Below are positions 38,863 through 47,193 of a stretch of 56,887 nucleotides of DNA, one piece after another (positions within the stretch are counted from its first letter, which is position 1; each line of letters opens with the position of its first letter). Position numbers and translations under genes: made by a program. The DNA is from Candidatus Kaiserbacteria bacterium RIFCSPLOWO2_01_FULL_50_24 (GTDB taxonomy: Bacteria; Patescibacteriota; Minisyncoccia; Phycocordibacterales; UBA2100), in assembly GCA_001783335.1 (NCBI GenBank), contig MFLU01000015.1, forward strand, positions 1 through 56,887, given 5' to 3'. The notes beneath the pieces were generated by a model. It searched no databases. It saw only the letters and a list, made by a program, of their open reading frames with translations, and was not told the origin of the DNA.

Positions 38863-39663
38863 ATGACATTCCTTGAGAGCATCCTGCTTGGCATCGTAGA
38901 GGGCGCAACGGAGTTTTTGCCGATTTCTTCCACGGGGCACTTGATTTTGGCGAGCTCGGTGCTTGGGCTTCCGCACACCGAATTTTTGAAAAGTTTTGAG
39001 ATTGCGATACAACTGGGCGCGATTGCATCTGTAGTTGTTTTATACTGGCGTTCCTTTTTGGATATTGAGCTTCTGAAGCGGCTTGCGGCAGCTTTTATTC
39101 CGACAGGTATTTTGGGCTTTCTACTCTATCCATACGTTAAAGAATATTTGATGGGCAACATGGCGGTCGTCTTGTGGGCGCTGGCGCTCGGCGGCATCGC
39201 CCTTATTATCTTTGAGCGGTGGCACCGCGAACTCCCCTGTTCGACTTACGAAGTCGAACATGGTGGTAAGCCGGTTGGATGCGATGTACGGGATATTACG
39301 TACCAACAATCCGTGTTTATCGGCCTCTTTCAGACACTCGCAATGGTGCCCGGTGTTTCGCGCTCCGGCGCCACAATAATTGGCGGACTTCTCCTTGGGC
39401 TTCGCCGCACGGTGATTGTTGAGTTCTCGTTCTTGCTCGCCGTTCCCACCATGCTCGCGGCAACGGGTTATGATATGTACAAAAATGCCGGCGTGTTTGC
39501 CGCCGACCAATTTCTTTTGCTCGTTGTTGGATTTATCACCTCATTCATCGTCGCGATGTTCGCCATCAAGTGGCTCTTGCGCTTCGTGCAAACGCATTCG
39601 TTCACATCCTTCGGCGTATACCGCCTTCTTCTAGTACTCGTATTCATACTGTTCGTCCTGTGA
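38863..39663 (+). CDS. uppP: Undecaprenyl-diphosphate phosphatase
   Basis: 'GIVEGATEFLPISSTGHL' and 'PGVSRSGATI' BacA motifs. Confidence 0.9.
   Translation: MTFLESILLGIVEGATEFLPISSTGHLILASSVLGLPHTEFLKSFEIAIQLGAIASVVVLYWRSFLDIELLKRLAAAFIPTGILGFLLYPYVKEYLMGNMAVVLWALALGGIALIIFERWHRELPCSTYEVEHGGKPVGCDVRDITYQQSVFIGLFQTLAMVPGVSRSGATIIGGLLLGLRRTVIVEFSFLLAVPTMLAATGYDMYKNAGVFAADQFLLLVVGFITSFIVAMFAIKWLLRFVQTHSFTSFGVYRLLLVLVFILFVL
39238..39260. repeat. TTACGAA-core palindromic element inside the uppP CDS (in frame)
   Basis: 'tgttcgactt-acg-aagtcgaaca' encodes 'CSTYEVEH'. Confidence 0.8.
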
Positions 39664-39680
39664 GGTAGAGTGATATGATA

Positions 39681-39843
39681 CAAAAGTAAAAGTTAAAAAT
39701 GAAAATCTAAAAACGACAAGGTAAAATTAAAAATTAAGCATATAGCTCAGCATACTCAGTTCTGGTCTTAGAACCACAAAAGAGAAGATAACTTTTAATT
39801 TTTAGTTGTACTTTTTAGTTTTTCATTTTTACTTTTTAATTTG
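39681..39843. repeat. AT-rich foldback element (arms related to 34287-34490, different core)
   Basis: The reverse complement of the right arm, 'caaattaaaaagtaaaaatgaaaaactaaaaagtaca..', closely matches the left arm of the 34287 element. Confidence 0.6.
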
Positions 39844-39847
39844 TATT

Positions 39848-40030
39848 ATGAAGCGCTTCATGCTCTTGACTCTACTTCTCCTGTCGCTCCCGATACTTTT
39901 GCATGTATATCAGCCGGAGTGGCGACTCGGCGGCCTTGGGCTTCTCTTCGGCACGATCGGCTACACCATCTCCCCTATTATTTTGTTTGTGATTTTGCTT
40001 AGGTACATTTGGAAGGCCTGGTGGTATTAG
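39848..40030 (+). CDS. Small two-TM membrane protein (hypothetical)
   Basis: 'MKRFMLLTLLLLSLPILL..GLLFGTIGYTISPIILFVILL'. Confidence 0.3.
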   Translation: MKRFMLLTLLLLSLPILLHVYQPEWRLGGLGLLFGTIGYTISPIILFVILLRYIWKAWWY

Positions 40031-40073
40031 GGCGCTCCGTCGGCGCACCTCCTCCGCTAAAGGTGTCAACCCT

Positions 40074-40098
40074 CATATCGACTTACGAAGTCGATATG
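40074..40098. repeat. TTACGAA-core palindromic element (copy 4)
   Basis: 'catatcgactt-acg-aagtcgatatg'. Confidence 0.85.
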
Positions 40099-40130
40099 GG
40101 CGTACAAGATCGATACGGGCGCGAGTGCGA

Positions 40131-40601
40131 CTATTTTGAGCGGCGAGATTTTTTGCTTTTGGTGCGCTTAGCGTTTTCTTCTTTCCACACGCGCTCGCGA
40201 AGCGCGGAAGAGGAGTAGTTATGTGAGCGGGAGTTGTAGTGCATTTTGATCGGCAGGTCGTGGCCGGTGAAGAGCTTGCCGCGCCAGTCGGCTCCGATTA
40301 TGCGAATGTCTGGCTTCCGCGTGCGAAGAATATTGTACAGGTCGCGCTCGGTTTTATACGGCACTATTTCATCAATATATTTGATACCGCGCAAAATTAT
40401 CATGCGTTCGGCAAGCGTCATAACCGGCTTATTTTTCTCCGGCCTGTCGCGCGACGGGTCCTCTTGGAGACACACGATGAGGTAATCACACGCGCGCCTT
40501 GCCTCGTCAAACATCAAAAAATGCCCGGCATGGCATAGGTCAAACGCCCCCGCCGTGATGCCGACCCTCTTTCTCTTGCGTGATTTTTTTGCGTCCGCCA
40601 T
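40131..40601 (-). CDS. Cytidylyltransferase-family nucleotidyltransferase (TagD/RfaE-II-like)
   Basis: 'GAFDLCHAGHFLMFDEAR' HxGH motif and 'IIGADW'. Confidence 0.75.
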   Translation of the reverse strand: MADAKKSRKRKRVGITAGAFDLCHAGHFLMFDEARRACDYLIVCLQEDPSRDRPEKNKPVMTLAERMIILRGIKYIDEIVPYKTERDLYNILRTRKPDIRIIGADWRGKLFTGHDLPIKMHYNSRSHNYSSSALRERVWKEENAKRTKSKKSRRSK

Positions 40602-40676
40602 CAGGCCAGAATACTAGAAAGTGTATGTAAAGAAAAGAGGTCGCTCATCGCGCAAGGCGCGACGAGCGACCCATGG

Positions 40677-41522
40677 TTATTGCCGTTTCGCATATTCGTC
40701 AAGGATTGTGGTTATGGCGAGAATATGCGCCTGCACGCGCTGTCCCATATCCCAATTTGAGATGGTCTCCATGGTGAACGCGTGGTCGGTGTAATTCTTG
40801 TGTAGAAAAACATCAAACGAAGCCGCCGATGAATAGATTGGGCTCATGCACCCTTCCGGATACGAGATGACTCCACCGGAATTTACCTCGCCGAAAATGG
40901 TCGGCTGGGTAGCAACTGGAATTCCTGCACCAGACACTTCTTGAATTATTTTCGCGCCGACTCTTTTTGAGTGGTCGTCTTGCAATTCCCAGAGCCAAAA
41001 TCCTCGTGGATTGTCGGATTTCGTAAAGCCGGCTTTTCGGAATTCCTCGCCAGCACCTTCAAGTTCATAGTCGCACTCATGAAGGTCAATAGTTACGGCG
41101 TAATTTTTTGGTCCGTCAAGAAGCGAGTTCACAACGAGCTGATTTTCCAGCGAAACGGGCCTCAACGTAAAGTCACGATTGAGGTCAATTCCTAATAGAT
41201 TTGTTCTCTTGTTGCGAACATAACCGCTCGGATTTACACACGGATACGCGAAGAAACGAAACTGTTCGAGATATCGTTCCAAATACTGTTCAATGAAGTT
41301 TAGGAGAGCCCACACTCCTGCCGGTTCGTTTCCATGAACACCGCCGGAAAGAAGCACGTCTTGTTTTCGTCCAATGCTCTTTGTGTCTACAACTATCATA
41401 AAGAGGGGTAGTTCCTGAAAACTATCATCGACTCTTCCGAGTTCCTGAACAGATATGCTAGAGCTGTAAGATTTTAAATCTTCAATTCGAGCACGCGCAT
41501 GATTCATGTACGATCTCGCCAT
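40677..41522 (-). CDS. M14-like zinc carboxypeptidase / AstE-AspA family hydrolase
   Basis: 'GGVHGNEPAG' (HxxE), 'GIDLNRDF', 'TIDLHE'. Confidence 0.65.
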   Translation of the reverse strand: MARSYMNHARARIEDLKSYSSSISVQELGRVDDSFQELPLFMIVVDTKSIGRKQDVLLSGGVHGNEPAGVWALLNFIEQYLERYLEQFRFFAYPCVNPSGYVRNKRTNLLGIDLNRDFTLRPVSLENQLVVNSLLDGPKNYAVTIDLHECDYELEGAGEEFRKAGFTKSDNPRGFWLWELQDDHSKRVGAKIIQEVSGAGIPVATQPTIFGEVNSGGVISYPEGCMSPIYSSAASFDVFLHKNYTDHAFTMETISNWDMGQRVQAHILAITTILDEYAKRQ

Positions 41523-41625
41523 CTTTCTTCTCCTTTAATCTTCTGAACTGCGGCAATGTATACCACAAAACAAATCGCCCCGCAATACCACTCGATAAAT
41601 CGAGGAGGCATTGCGGGGCCTTTTC

Positions 41626-41652
41626 ATATCGGGATTTACGAAATCCCGATAT
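41626..41652. repeat. TTACGAA-core palindromic element (variant arms)
   Basis: 'atatcgggattt-acg-aaatcccgatat'. Confidence 0.8.
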
Positions 41653-41694
41653 TATAATTTTACGTATTCGTCAAGAATGGTCGTTATGGCATAC

Positions 41695-41717
41695 ATATCG
41701 ACTTACGAAGTCGATAT
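41695..41717. repeat. TTACGAA-core palindromic element (copy 6)
   Basis: 'atatcgactt-acg-aagtcgatat'. Confidence 0.85.
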
Positions 41718-41760
41718 AGTACACAAAGAAGCCATGAAAATAGCGCTAATATCGACTTAC

Positions 41761-41910
41761 TGGCGACGTAGAGCGAGTAAAGTGCAAAAGAGCTTTTTTG
41801 CACTTTCGAGCCGAGGAGCCAGAAACCGGCGTAAACGTGATTGCGCTTTTGCGCAAGGAGTGCATTCCGACCCACAGGGTTAACGCCCTGTGGTGTCGGA
41901 ATGAGCCGGT
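41761..41910 (-). mobile_element. Structured MITE-like insertion (copy A) splitting a TTACGAA palindrome, TTAC duplicated
   Basis: Left half 'atatcgacTTAC' (41749-41760) and right half 'TTACgaagtcgatat' (41911-41925) flank 150 nt. These contain the closing stem 'aaccggc/gccggtt', the 'ttccgacaccacaggg..ccctgtgggtcggaa' hairpin, and 'ttgcgc-aaaa-gcgcaa'. Confidence 0.6.
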
Positions 41911-41936
41911 TTACGAAGTCGATATATTTTATTTTG

Positions 41937-42449
41937 CTACCTATCCAACGTGAGCCAACGATATTTCAATACGTTCCACTCTCGCGATTCGTCTTCAATG
42001 ACGCGCGTGAACAAATGCTCGTATTCCGGAAAATAGGTGTCGCCCTCTTTTTCGTCGTCAATGAGCGTGAGGTACAGCCGGTCTGTAATCGGCAACACTT
42101 GCTCGTACACTTGCGCCCCGCCGCCGATAAACACCTCATCAGTATCCAATTCTCTCGCTTTCTCAATCGCCTCTTCTGGCGATGGCACAACCACTGTATT
42201 TTTCCATGTTCGACCTACAAGGTCGAACATGGCGAGAGAACGTGAAAGGACAATATTAGTGCGCCCAGGCAAGGGCTTCCCAAGATAGTGGAGCACTGAT
42301 TCAAATGTCTTCCGCCCCATGATAACGGGATGTCCGAGTGTGAGCCGCTTGAAACGCTTCAGGTCGTCTGGAATCTGCCACAAAAGCTCGTTGTCCTTTC
42401 CTATAACACGACCCGCGCCAAGCGCCGCGATTATGTTTATTCGTGCCAT
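41937..42449 (-). CDS. folA: Dihydrofolate reductase
   Basis: 'INIIAALGAGRVIGKDNELLWQIPDDLKRFKRLTLGHPVIMGRKTFES'. Confidence 0.9.
   Translation of the reverse strand: MARINIIAALGAGRVIGKDNELLWQIPDDLKRFKRLTLGHPVIMGRKTFESVLHYLGKPLPGRTNIVLSRSLAMFDLVGRTWKNTVVVPSPEEAIEKARELDTDEVFIGGGAQVYEQVLPITDRLYLTLIDDEKEGDTYFPEYEHLFTRVIEDESREWNVLKYRWLTLDR
42204..42232. repeat. Palindromic element of the TTACGAA family (variant loop) inside the folA CDS (in frame)
   Basis: 'ccatgttcgacct-aca-aggtcgaacatgg' encodes 'AMFDLVGRTW' on the minus strand. Confidence 0.75.
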
Positions 42450-42451
42450 GG

Positions 42452-43282
42452 CTACACTATCATCGGCGCAGGAATAGCGGGGTGGTGTGAATAGTTTTCA
42501 AGTTTAATATCGTCCATTGTGAAGCCGTCAATGTCATTGATCGCCGGATTCAACCACAGACGCGGCAGAGGCATCGGCTCGCGCGAGAGTTGTTCCTTCA
42601 CTTGCGGGTAGTGTTCGTGATAGATGTGCGCATCGTTAAGCGTCAAAATACACTCGTGCGCCTCTGTGCCGGTTACTTGCGCCACCATGTGCAGTAAGAG
42701 TGCGTACGATGCAATGTTAAACGGCACGCCTAAAAACATATCGCAACTGCGCTGGACCATGTGGAGTGAAAGTTTGCCATCCGCAAGAAAGAATTGGAAC
42801 AGCATGTGGCAGGGTGGCAATGCCATTCTCTCTAGCTCGCCCGGATTCCACGCGGATACCACAAGCCGCCTATCCGTTGGATTGTTTTTTAGGTTATCTA
42901 CCACCTGCGCGAGCTGATCCACCTCTTTGCCATCATTAGTTTGCCACAAACGCCACTGTACGCCATAGATGCGGCCGAGATCGCCGTCAAATTGCGCCTT
43001 CGGTTTCCAATAATCGGACTGCGCGTTATCGGTCCAGATAGTTTTTTTCGCGCCACCCATTATTTCTTTCAGACGATTGTCATCGTTGGAACCTTCAAGA
43101 AACCACAAGAGTTCGCCCTTCACGGAGTTGAACGCCAATCGCTTGGTGGTAACGGCAGGAAAGCCATCGTCCATCTTAAAGCGCATCTGTTCGGCGAAAA
43201 TCGCCCTCGTCCAACCGTTGCGCCCCTCTCGGTCTATGCCCGTACCAATAATCTTCTGGAGTATCTCGTTGTATATTTTCAT
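42452..43282 (-). CDS. thyA: Thymidylate synthase (ThyA type)
   Basis: 'RTGTGT'-like 'REGRNGWT', 'LPPCHMLFQF', 'DMFLGVPFNIASYALL'. Confidence 0.95.
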   Translation of the reverse strand: MKIYNEILQKIIGTGIDREGRNGWTRAIFAEQMRFKMDDGFPAVTTKRLAFNSVKGELLWFLEGSNDDNRLKEIMGGAKKTIWTDNAQSDYWKPKAQFDGDLGRIYGVQWRLWQTNDGKEVDQLAQVVDNLKNNPTDRRLVVSAWNPGELERMALPPCHMLFQFFLADGKLSLHMVQRSCDMFLGVPFNIASYALLLHMVAQVTGTEAHECILTLNDAHIYHEHYPQVKEQLSREPMPLPRLWLNPAINDIDGFTMDDIKLENYSHHPAIPAPMIV

Positions 43283-43407
43283 GTTTCGTCTCCTTCTTTT
43301 CTGGAAGTAATCGTATCACTTTTTCTTTACCCGTCACCTTTTACGCCTTTCGGTTTTTATTGCTACGACCATGTGTAATCCTCTTAATAGCTGACAACTA
43401 GCGCCTG

Positions 43408-44082
43408 TCACCTGCGTTTTATATCCCTATCAAGATACAATCGCGGTAGCATGAGATCGGGCTTCCACGTGCGCTTAATGTGCGCCATGGTGCCCTCGGA
43501 TTGATACTTCCCTTTCTTCGCATAATCGGCTGCAAGAATCGGCCCCGTCTCAAAAAAGACGATTTGCGCGATGCGACGACCGACGACAAGCGGAATGTAG
43601 TAACGGGTTGACACGTTGCTTATTTCCATCGTCCAGCGATTCACATAGCCCACATCACCCCAGCCCGCACATTTGCACACAGAAATGAAACTGCGCCCGA
43701 GCGAGGAACGCGCTTTCATCATTGTAGTAACGTGTTCGCGCCCGCCGATGAATTCCTGCGTATGCGCCAAGACTGTCTCGCCGGGCGCGAGTAAGATTAT
43801 TTTTTCCTCCGGTGCGATGCCGCGCCAATCTACCGCGTAGAATTTAAGGACATCTTTCGCGTGCCGCGCCTTTCGCGCTTTCGTACCCCACACTCGCTCC
43901 ACATGTGATTTGTCATAAATATTGTATAGATTTTCAAAATGCGGCGGGTGCTGTTCTGTAAAATAGTGCTCACCGAGCGTTACGTCGTAGCTTGAGGTAG
44001 AAAGATTCCTGCGGTCAAACGGCTCAATCACGATTGAGCCGTTTTCCATATGCTCCAAAATTTTCCTGTCCGAGAGTGCCAT
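43408..44082 (-). CDS. dcd: dCTP deaminase family protein (long form)
   Basis: 'LSDRKILEHMENGSIVIEPFD..NLSTSSYDVTLG'. Confidence 0.8.
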   Translation of the reverse strand: MALSDRKILEHMENGSIVIEPFDRRNLSTSSYDVTLGEHYFTEQHPPHFENLYNIYDKSHVERVWGTKARKARHAKDVLKFYAVDWRGIAPEEKIILLAPGETVLAHTQEFIGGREHVTTMMKARSSLGRSFISVCKCAGWGDVGYVNRWTMEISNVSTRYYIPLVVGRRIAQIVFFETGPILAADYAKKGKYQSEGTMAHIKRTWKPDLMLPRLYLDRDIKRR

Positions 44083-44117
44083 CCTCGAAACTATACCATA
44101 CGCCCTAAGGTAAATAG

Positions 44118-44210
44118 AAAATAGTAGTGACTTCGTAAGTCATTCACATCTATACAAGTATTTTGCAAAATACTTGTATTAAAAGACGGTGGTTACGAAG
44201 TCACTATTTT
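44118..44210. repeat. Nested palindromes in the dcd/tmk divergent region
   Basis: The outer 'aaaatag(tag)tgacttcgtaa' pairs with 'ttacgaagtcactatttt'. The inner element is a perfect 28-nt palindrome at 44152-44179, 'atacaagtattttg|caaaatacttgtat'. Confidence 0.75.
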
Positions 44211-44238
44211 GAAAATGTAGTGTACAATGGGCATCACT

Positions 44239-44937
44239 ATGGCTCACGCGCACAGATGGAACAGGGGAAAACTTATTGTGGTAGACGGCTCGGATGGGGT
44301 CGGTAAGGGCACGCAGGTGGCGCTTCTGGTGAAGCGCCTAAAAAAAGACAGAGTGCGCGTGAAGACAATGGACTTCCCGCAGTATGAGAAGAATTTTTGC
44401 GGCGCGCTTATACGACGATGCCTTTCCGGAACATTTGGAAATTTTCTCAATACAGACCCGTATATCGCTTCCATCCTCTACGCCGCCGACCGTTTTGAAT
44501 CAAAGACAACGCTTGAGAAATGGCTCGCGGAAGGATACATCGTGATTCTTGACCGATACGTCAGCGCAAACCAAATGCACCAAGGAGGGAAAATAAAAAA
44601 CGCGCGCGAGCGTAAAAAATTTCTCGCGTGGCTTGACACACTTGAGCACAAGGCACTCGGTATCCCCCGCCCCGATTTAGTGCTCTATCTCCACCTCCCC
44701 GTTCCGATTTCGCTGAAACTCCTGAAAGAGCGCCGGCGCACGCACGCACGGAGAAAGAAACTTGACCTAGCAGAGCGCAATCGCCGCCACCTTGAAAACA
44801 CGCAAAAAACCGCAATTCAATTTCTGCGCAAAAATCCGCAGTGGAAGAAAATCACTTGCTTTAATCGGAAAGTAGTTCTGTCTCGTGAGAGAATACATGA
44901 AATGGTATATGAGATGGTTAAACAAACGCTTAATTAA
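44239..44937 (+). CDS. tmk: Thymidylate kinase
   Basis: 'IVVDGSDGVGKGTQ' P-loop and 'DRY' motif context. Confidence 0.9.
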   Translation: MAHAHRWNRGKLIVVDGSDGVGKGTQVALLVKRLKKDRVRVKTMDFPQYEKNFCGALIRRCLSGTFGNFLNTDPYIASILYAADRFESKTTLEKWLAEGYIVILDRYVSANQMHQGGKIKNARERKKFLAWLDTLEHKALGIPRPDLVLYLHLPVPISLKLLKERRRTHARRKKLDLAERNRRHLENTQKTAIQFLRKNPQWKKITCFNRKVVLSRERIHEMVYEMVKQTLN

Positions 44938-45140
44938 AAACTAAAAGCGAAAAATGAAAAACGACCCCGCACCAAAAATCTCACCGTTCCTCTTTATGCG
45001 CTCAAGCCACGTTCGCAGATTTTGGTACGGGGCATGCATGAAAAATTAAAAGTTAGGCCAAAGTGTACACTCAACGGGAATGTAATTTTTAACTTTTAAC
45101 TATAATTTTTAACTTTTCATTTTTACTTTTTAACTTATCC
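44931..45140 (-). repeat. AT-rich foldback element with conserved core hairpin (copy 2, inverted)
   Basis: The reverse complement aligns with 34287-34490. Core is at 44965-45032. It overlaps the tmk stop codon and ends 4 nt before glyA. Confidence 0.8.
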
Positions 45141-45143
45141 TAT

Positions 45144-46406
45144 ATGTACGACTACATAAAAAAACAGGATGCAGAAGTGTTTGCCGCCCTTCTAGGCGAG
45201 GAGGAGCGCGAACGCGATGGCTTGGAGCTCATTCCGTCCGAGAATTACGTGTCGCGCGCGGTGCGCGAAGCAAGCGGCTCCATTCTCACTAATAAGTACG
45301 CCGAAGGGTATCCGGGCAAGCGCTACTACGGAGGGCAGGGGTTCACTGATGCGGTAGAGGTGCTCGCTGTAGAGCGCGCGAAAAAACTTTTCAATTGCAA
45401 GTTCGCGAATGTTCAGCCGCACGCGGGCGCGCCGGCAAACATCGCCACCTACTTCGCGCTCATGGAACCGGGCGACACCATCATGGGTATGGACCTTTCG
45501 CACGGCGGACACCTGACGCACGGCCACCCCGTCACCTACATCACAAAAATCTTCAACTTCGTGCGCTATAAAATGAAAGACATTGAAACAGGAGAGATTG
45601 ATTATGACGAAATGCTCGCCACAGCGAAACGAGAAAAGCCGAAAGTTATTATGGCGGGATTCTCCGCCTATCCGCGCGAGCTTAATTACGAAAAATTCGT
45701 GGAGATTGGCAGGGAAGTCGGCGCCGTCGTCATCGCCGACGTCGCGCATATCGCGGGCCTAATAGCAGGCCGCGCGGCGAAAAACCCGTTTGACGCAGGG
45801 TTTGACGTGATGCTTACCACGACACACAAAACACTGCGCGGCCCACGCGGCGGCATGGTGCTGGTACGCGAAAGTGAAGAACTCGCGAAAAAAATTGATA
45901 AGACCATTTTCCCCGGCTTTCAGGGGGGTCCCTTGATGCACCAAATCGCCGCAAAGGCGGTATGCTTTGGCGAGGCGCTCCACCCAAACTTTCAAGTGTA
46001 CGCCGCGCACATAGTAAAAAACGCTCGTGCGATGGCGGAAGTATTCAAGCGTGAGAACATTCGCATGATTACCGGCGGCACCGATAATCACCTTATTCTT
46101 GCCGATATATATGGTTCACTTGGCATTGGCGGACAGGAAGCGCAAGATATTTTAGACACCATCGGCATTACGCTGAATAAAAATATGATAGCGGACGATA
46201 CGCGAAAACCAATGGACCCTTCCGGCATCCGCTTCGGCACGCCCGCGATTACCACACGCGGCATGAAAGAAAAAGAATGCGCGCGTGTCGCCGAACTCAT
46301 GCTTGAGGCGTTGAAAGCAAAAGACGACGCTGAAAAGAAAAAAGCGATACGAGCGGAAATAAAAGAGTTGTGCACCGCATTCCCCATTCCCGAATCATTC
46401 GTATGA
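45144..46406 (+). CDS. glyA: Serine hydroxymethyltransferase
   Basis: 'LELIPSENY', 'TTTHKTLRGPRGG' PLP-Lys motif. Confidence 0.95.
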   Translation: MYDYIKKQDAEVFAALLGEEERERDGLELIPSENYVSRAVREASGSILTNKYAEGYPGKRYYGGQGFTDAVEVLAVERAKKLFNCKFANVQPHAGAPANIATYFALMEPGDTIMGMDLSHGGHLTHGHPVTYITKIFNFVRYKMKDIETGEIDYDEMLATAKREKPKVIMAGFSAYPRELNYEKFVEIGREVGAVVIADVAHIAGLIAGRAAKNPFDAGFDVMLTTTHKTLRGPRGGMVLVRESEELAKKIDKTIFPGFQGGPLMHQIAAKAVCFGEALHPNFQVYAAHIVKNARAMAEVFKRENIRMITGGTDNHLILADIYGSLGIGGQEAQDILDTIGITLNKNMIADDTRKPMDPSGIRFGTPAITTRGMKEKECARVAELMLEALKAKDDAEKKKAIRAEIKELCTAFPIPESFV

Positions 46407-47026
46407 TTGATATTTTCGGGATGAGCCTAACTGAAATAGTACAGATTGTCGGCTACCCGGGCATCTTCGCGATTGTTCTTGCAGAATCGGGACTATTTTT
46501 TGCCGTGTCGCTCCCGGGCGCTTCGCTTCTTTTCACCGCCGGATTTCTCGCGTCGCAGGGGTACTTCAATATCTGGATTCTCACCGCACTCGTTATGATT
46601 GCGGCAATTCTCGGCGACACTATCGGCTACTGGTTTGGTGCGTGGGTTGGTCCGAAACTTTTTTATAACGAGGACTCGCGCTTCTTCAAAAAACGCTATG
46701 TGGACCAAACGCGTCGTTTTTACGAAAAATACGGTACGCGCACGATACTTTTTGCGCGCTTCGTCCCCATCGTGCGCACCTTTGCGCCAATACTCGCCGG
46801 GGTGGGCGAAATGGAGTATAAAAAATTTCTCTTCTATAACATCCTCGGTGCGGTCTTGTGGGGCGGAGGGTTCACTTTCGGCGGATACCTTTTGGGCGAA
46901 GTTATTCCGGGTATTGAGCACTACATCCTCCTTGTGGTGCTCGCAATCATTGTTGTTTCCATGATGCCGCTTGTCGTGGAGTGGATACGACACCGTCGCA
47001 AGGACGCAGACACACCCAACGTATAA
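46403..47026 (+). CDS. DedA family membrane protein
   Basis: 'ESGLFF..LPG.SLLFTAGFLA', 'FARFVPIVRTFAPILAG'. ATGA overlap with the glyA stop. Confidence 0.85.
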   Translation: MIDIFGMSLTEIVQIVGYPGIFAIVLAESGLFFAVSLPGASLLFTAGFLASQGYFNIWILTALVMIAAILGDTIGYWFGAWVGPKLFYNEDSRFFKKRYVDQTRRFYEKYGTRTILFARFVPIVRTFAPILAGVGEMEYKKFLFYNILGAVLWGGGFTFGGYLLGEVIPGIEHYILLVVLAIIVVSMMPLVVEWIRHRRKDADTPNV

Positions 47027-47044
47027 AAACATAAGCAACGGTGG

Positions 47045-47088
47045 CTCGTGTAGACTTTTTATACCATGGTATAAAAAGTCTACACGAG
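47045..47088. repeat. Perfect 44-bp palindrome
   Basis: 'ctcgtgtagactttttatacca|tggtataaaaagtctacacgag', with no loop and no mismatch. Confidence 0.9.
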
Positions 47089-47193
47089 CTGGTTGTCCAC
47101 CAATAAAAGCCGCTGTCCACGCACAGCGTGCGTAACGCGTTATACTGTACTTTATAAATGCTCCCTCCTGACATTGAGGGAAGTTATTTGTGT

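Noticed and set aside
39741-39790. tRNA-like 'atagctcag' string in the core of the 39681 foldback
   Set aside because: No acceptor stem, anticodon arm or GTTCGAATC-type T-arm can be built around it.
34287-45140. CRISPR-like interpretation of the AT-rich word repeats ('aaaagttaaaaat', 'ttttcattttt')
   Set aside because: The words are short, degenerate and arranged as inverted arms. They are not constant direct repeats separated by unique spacers, and no cas genes are present.
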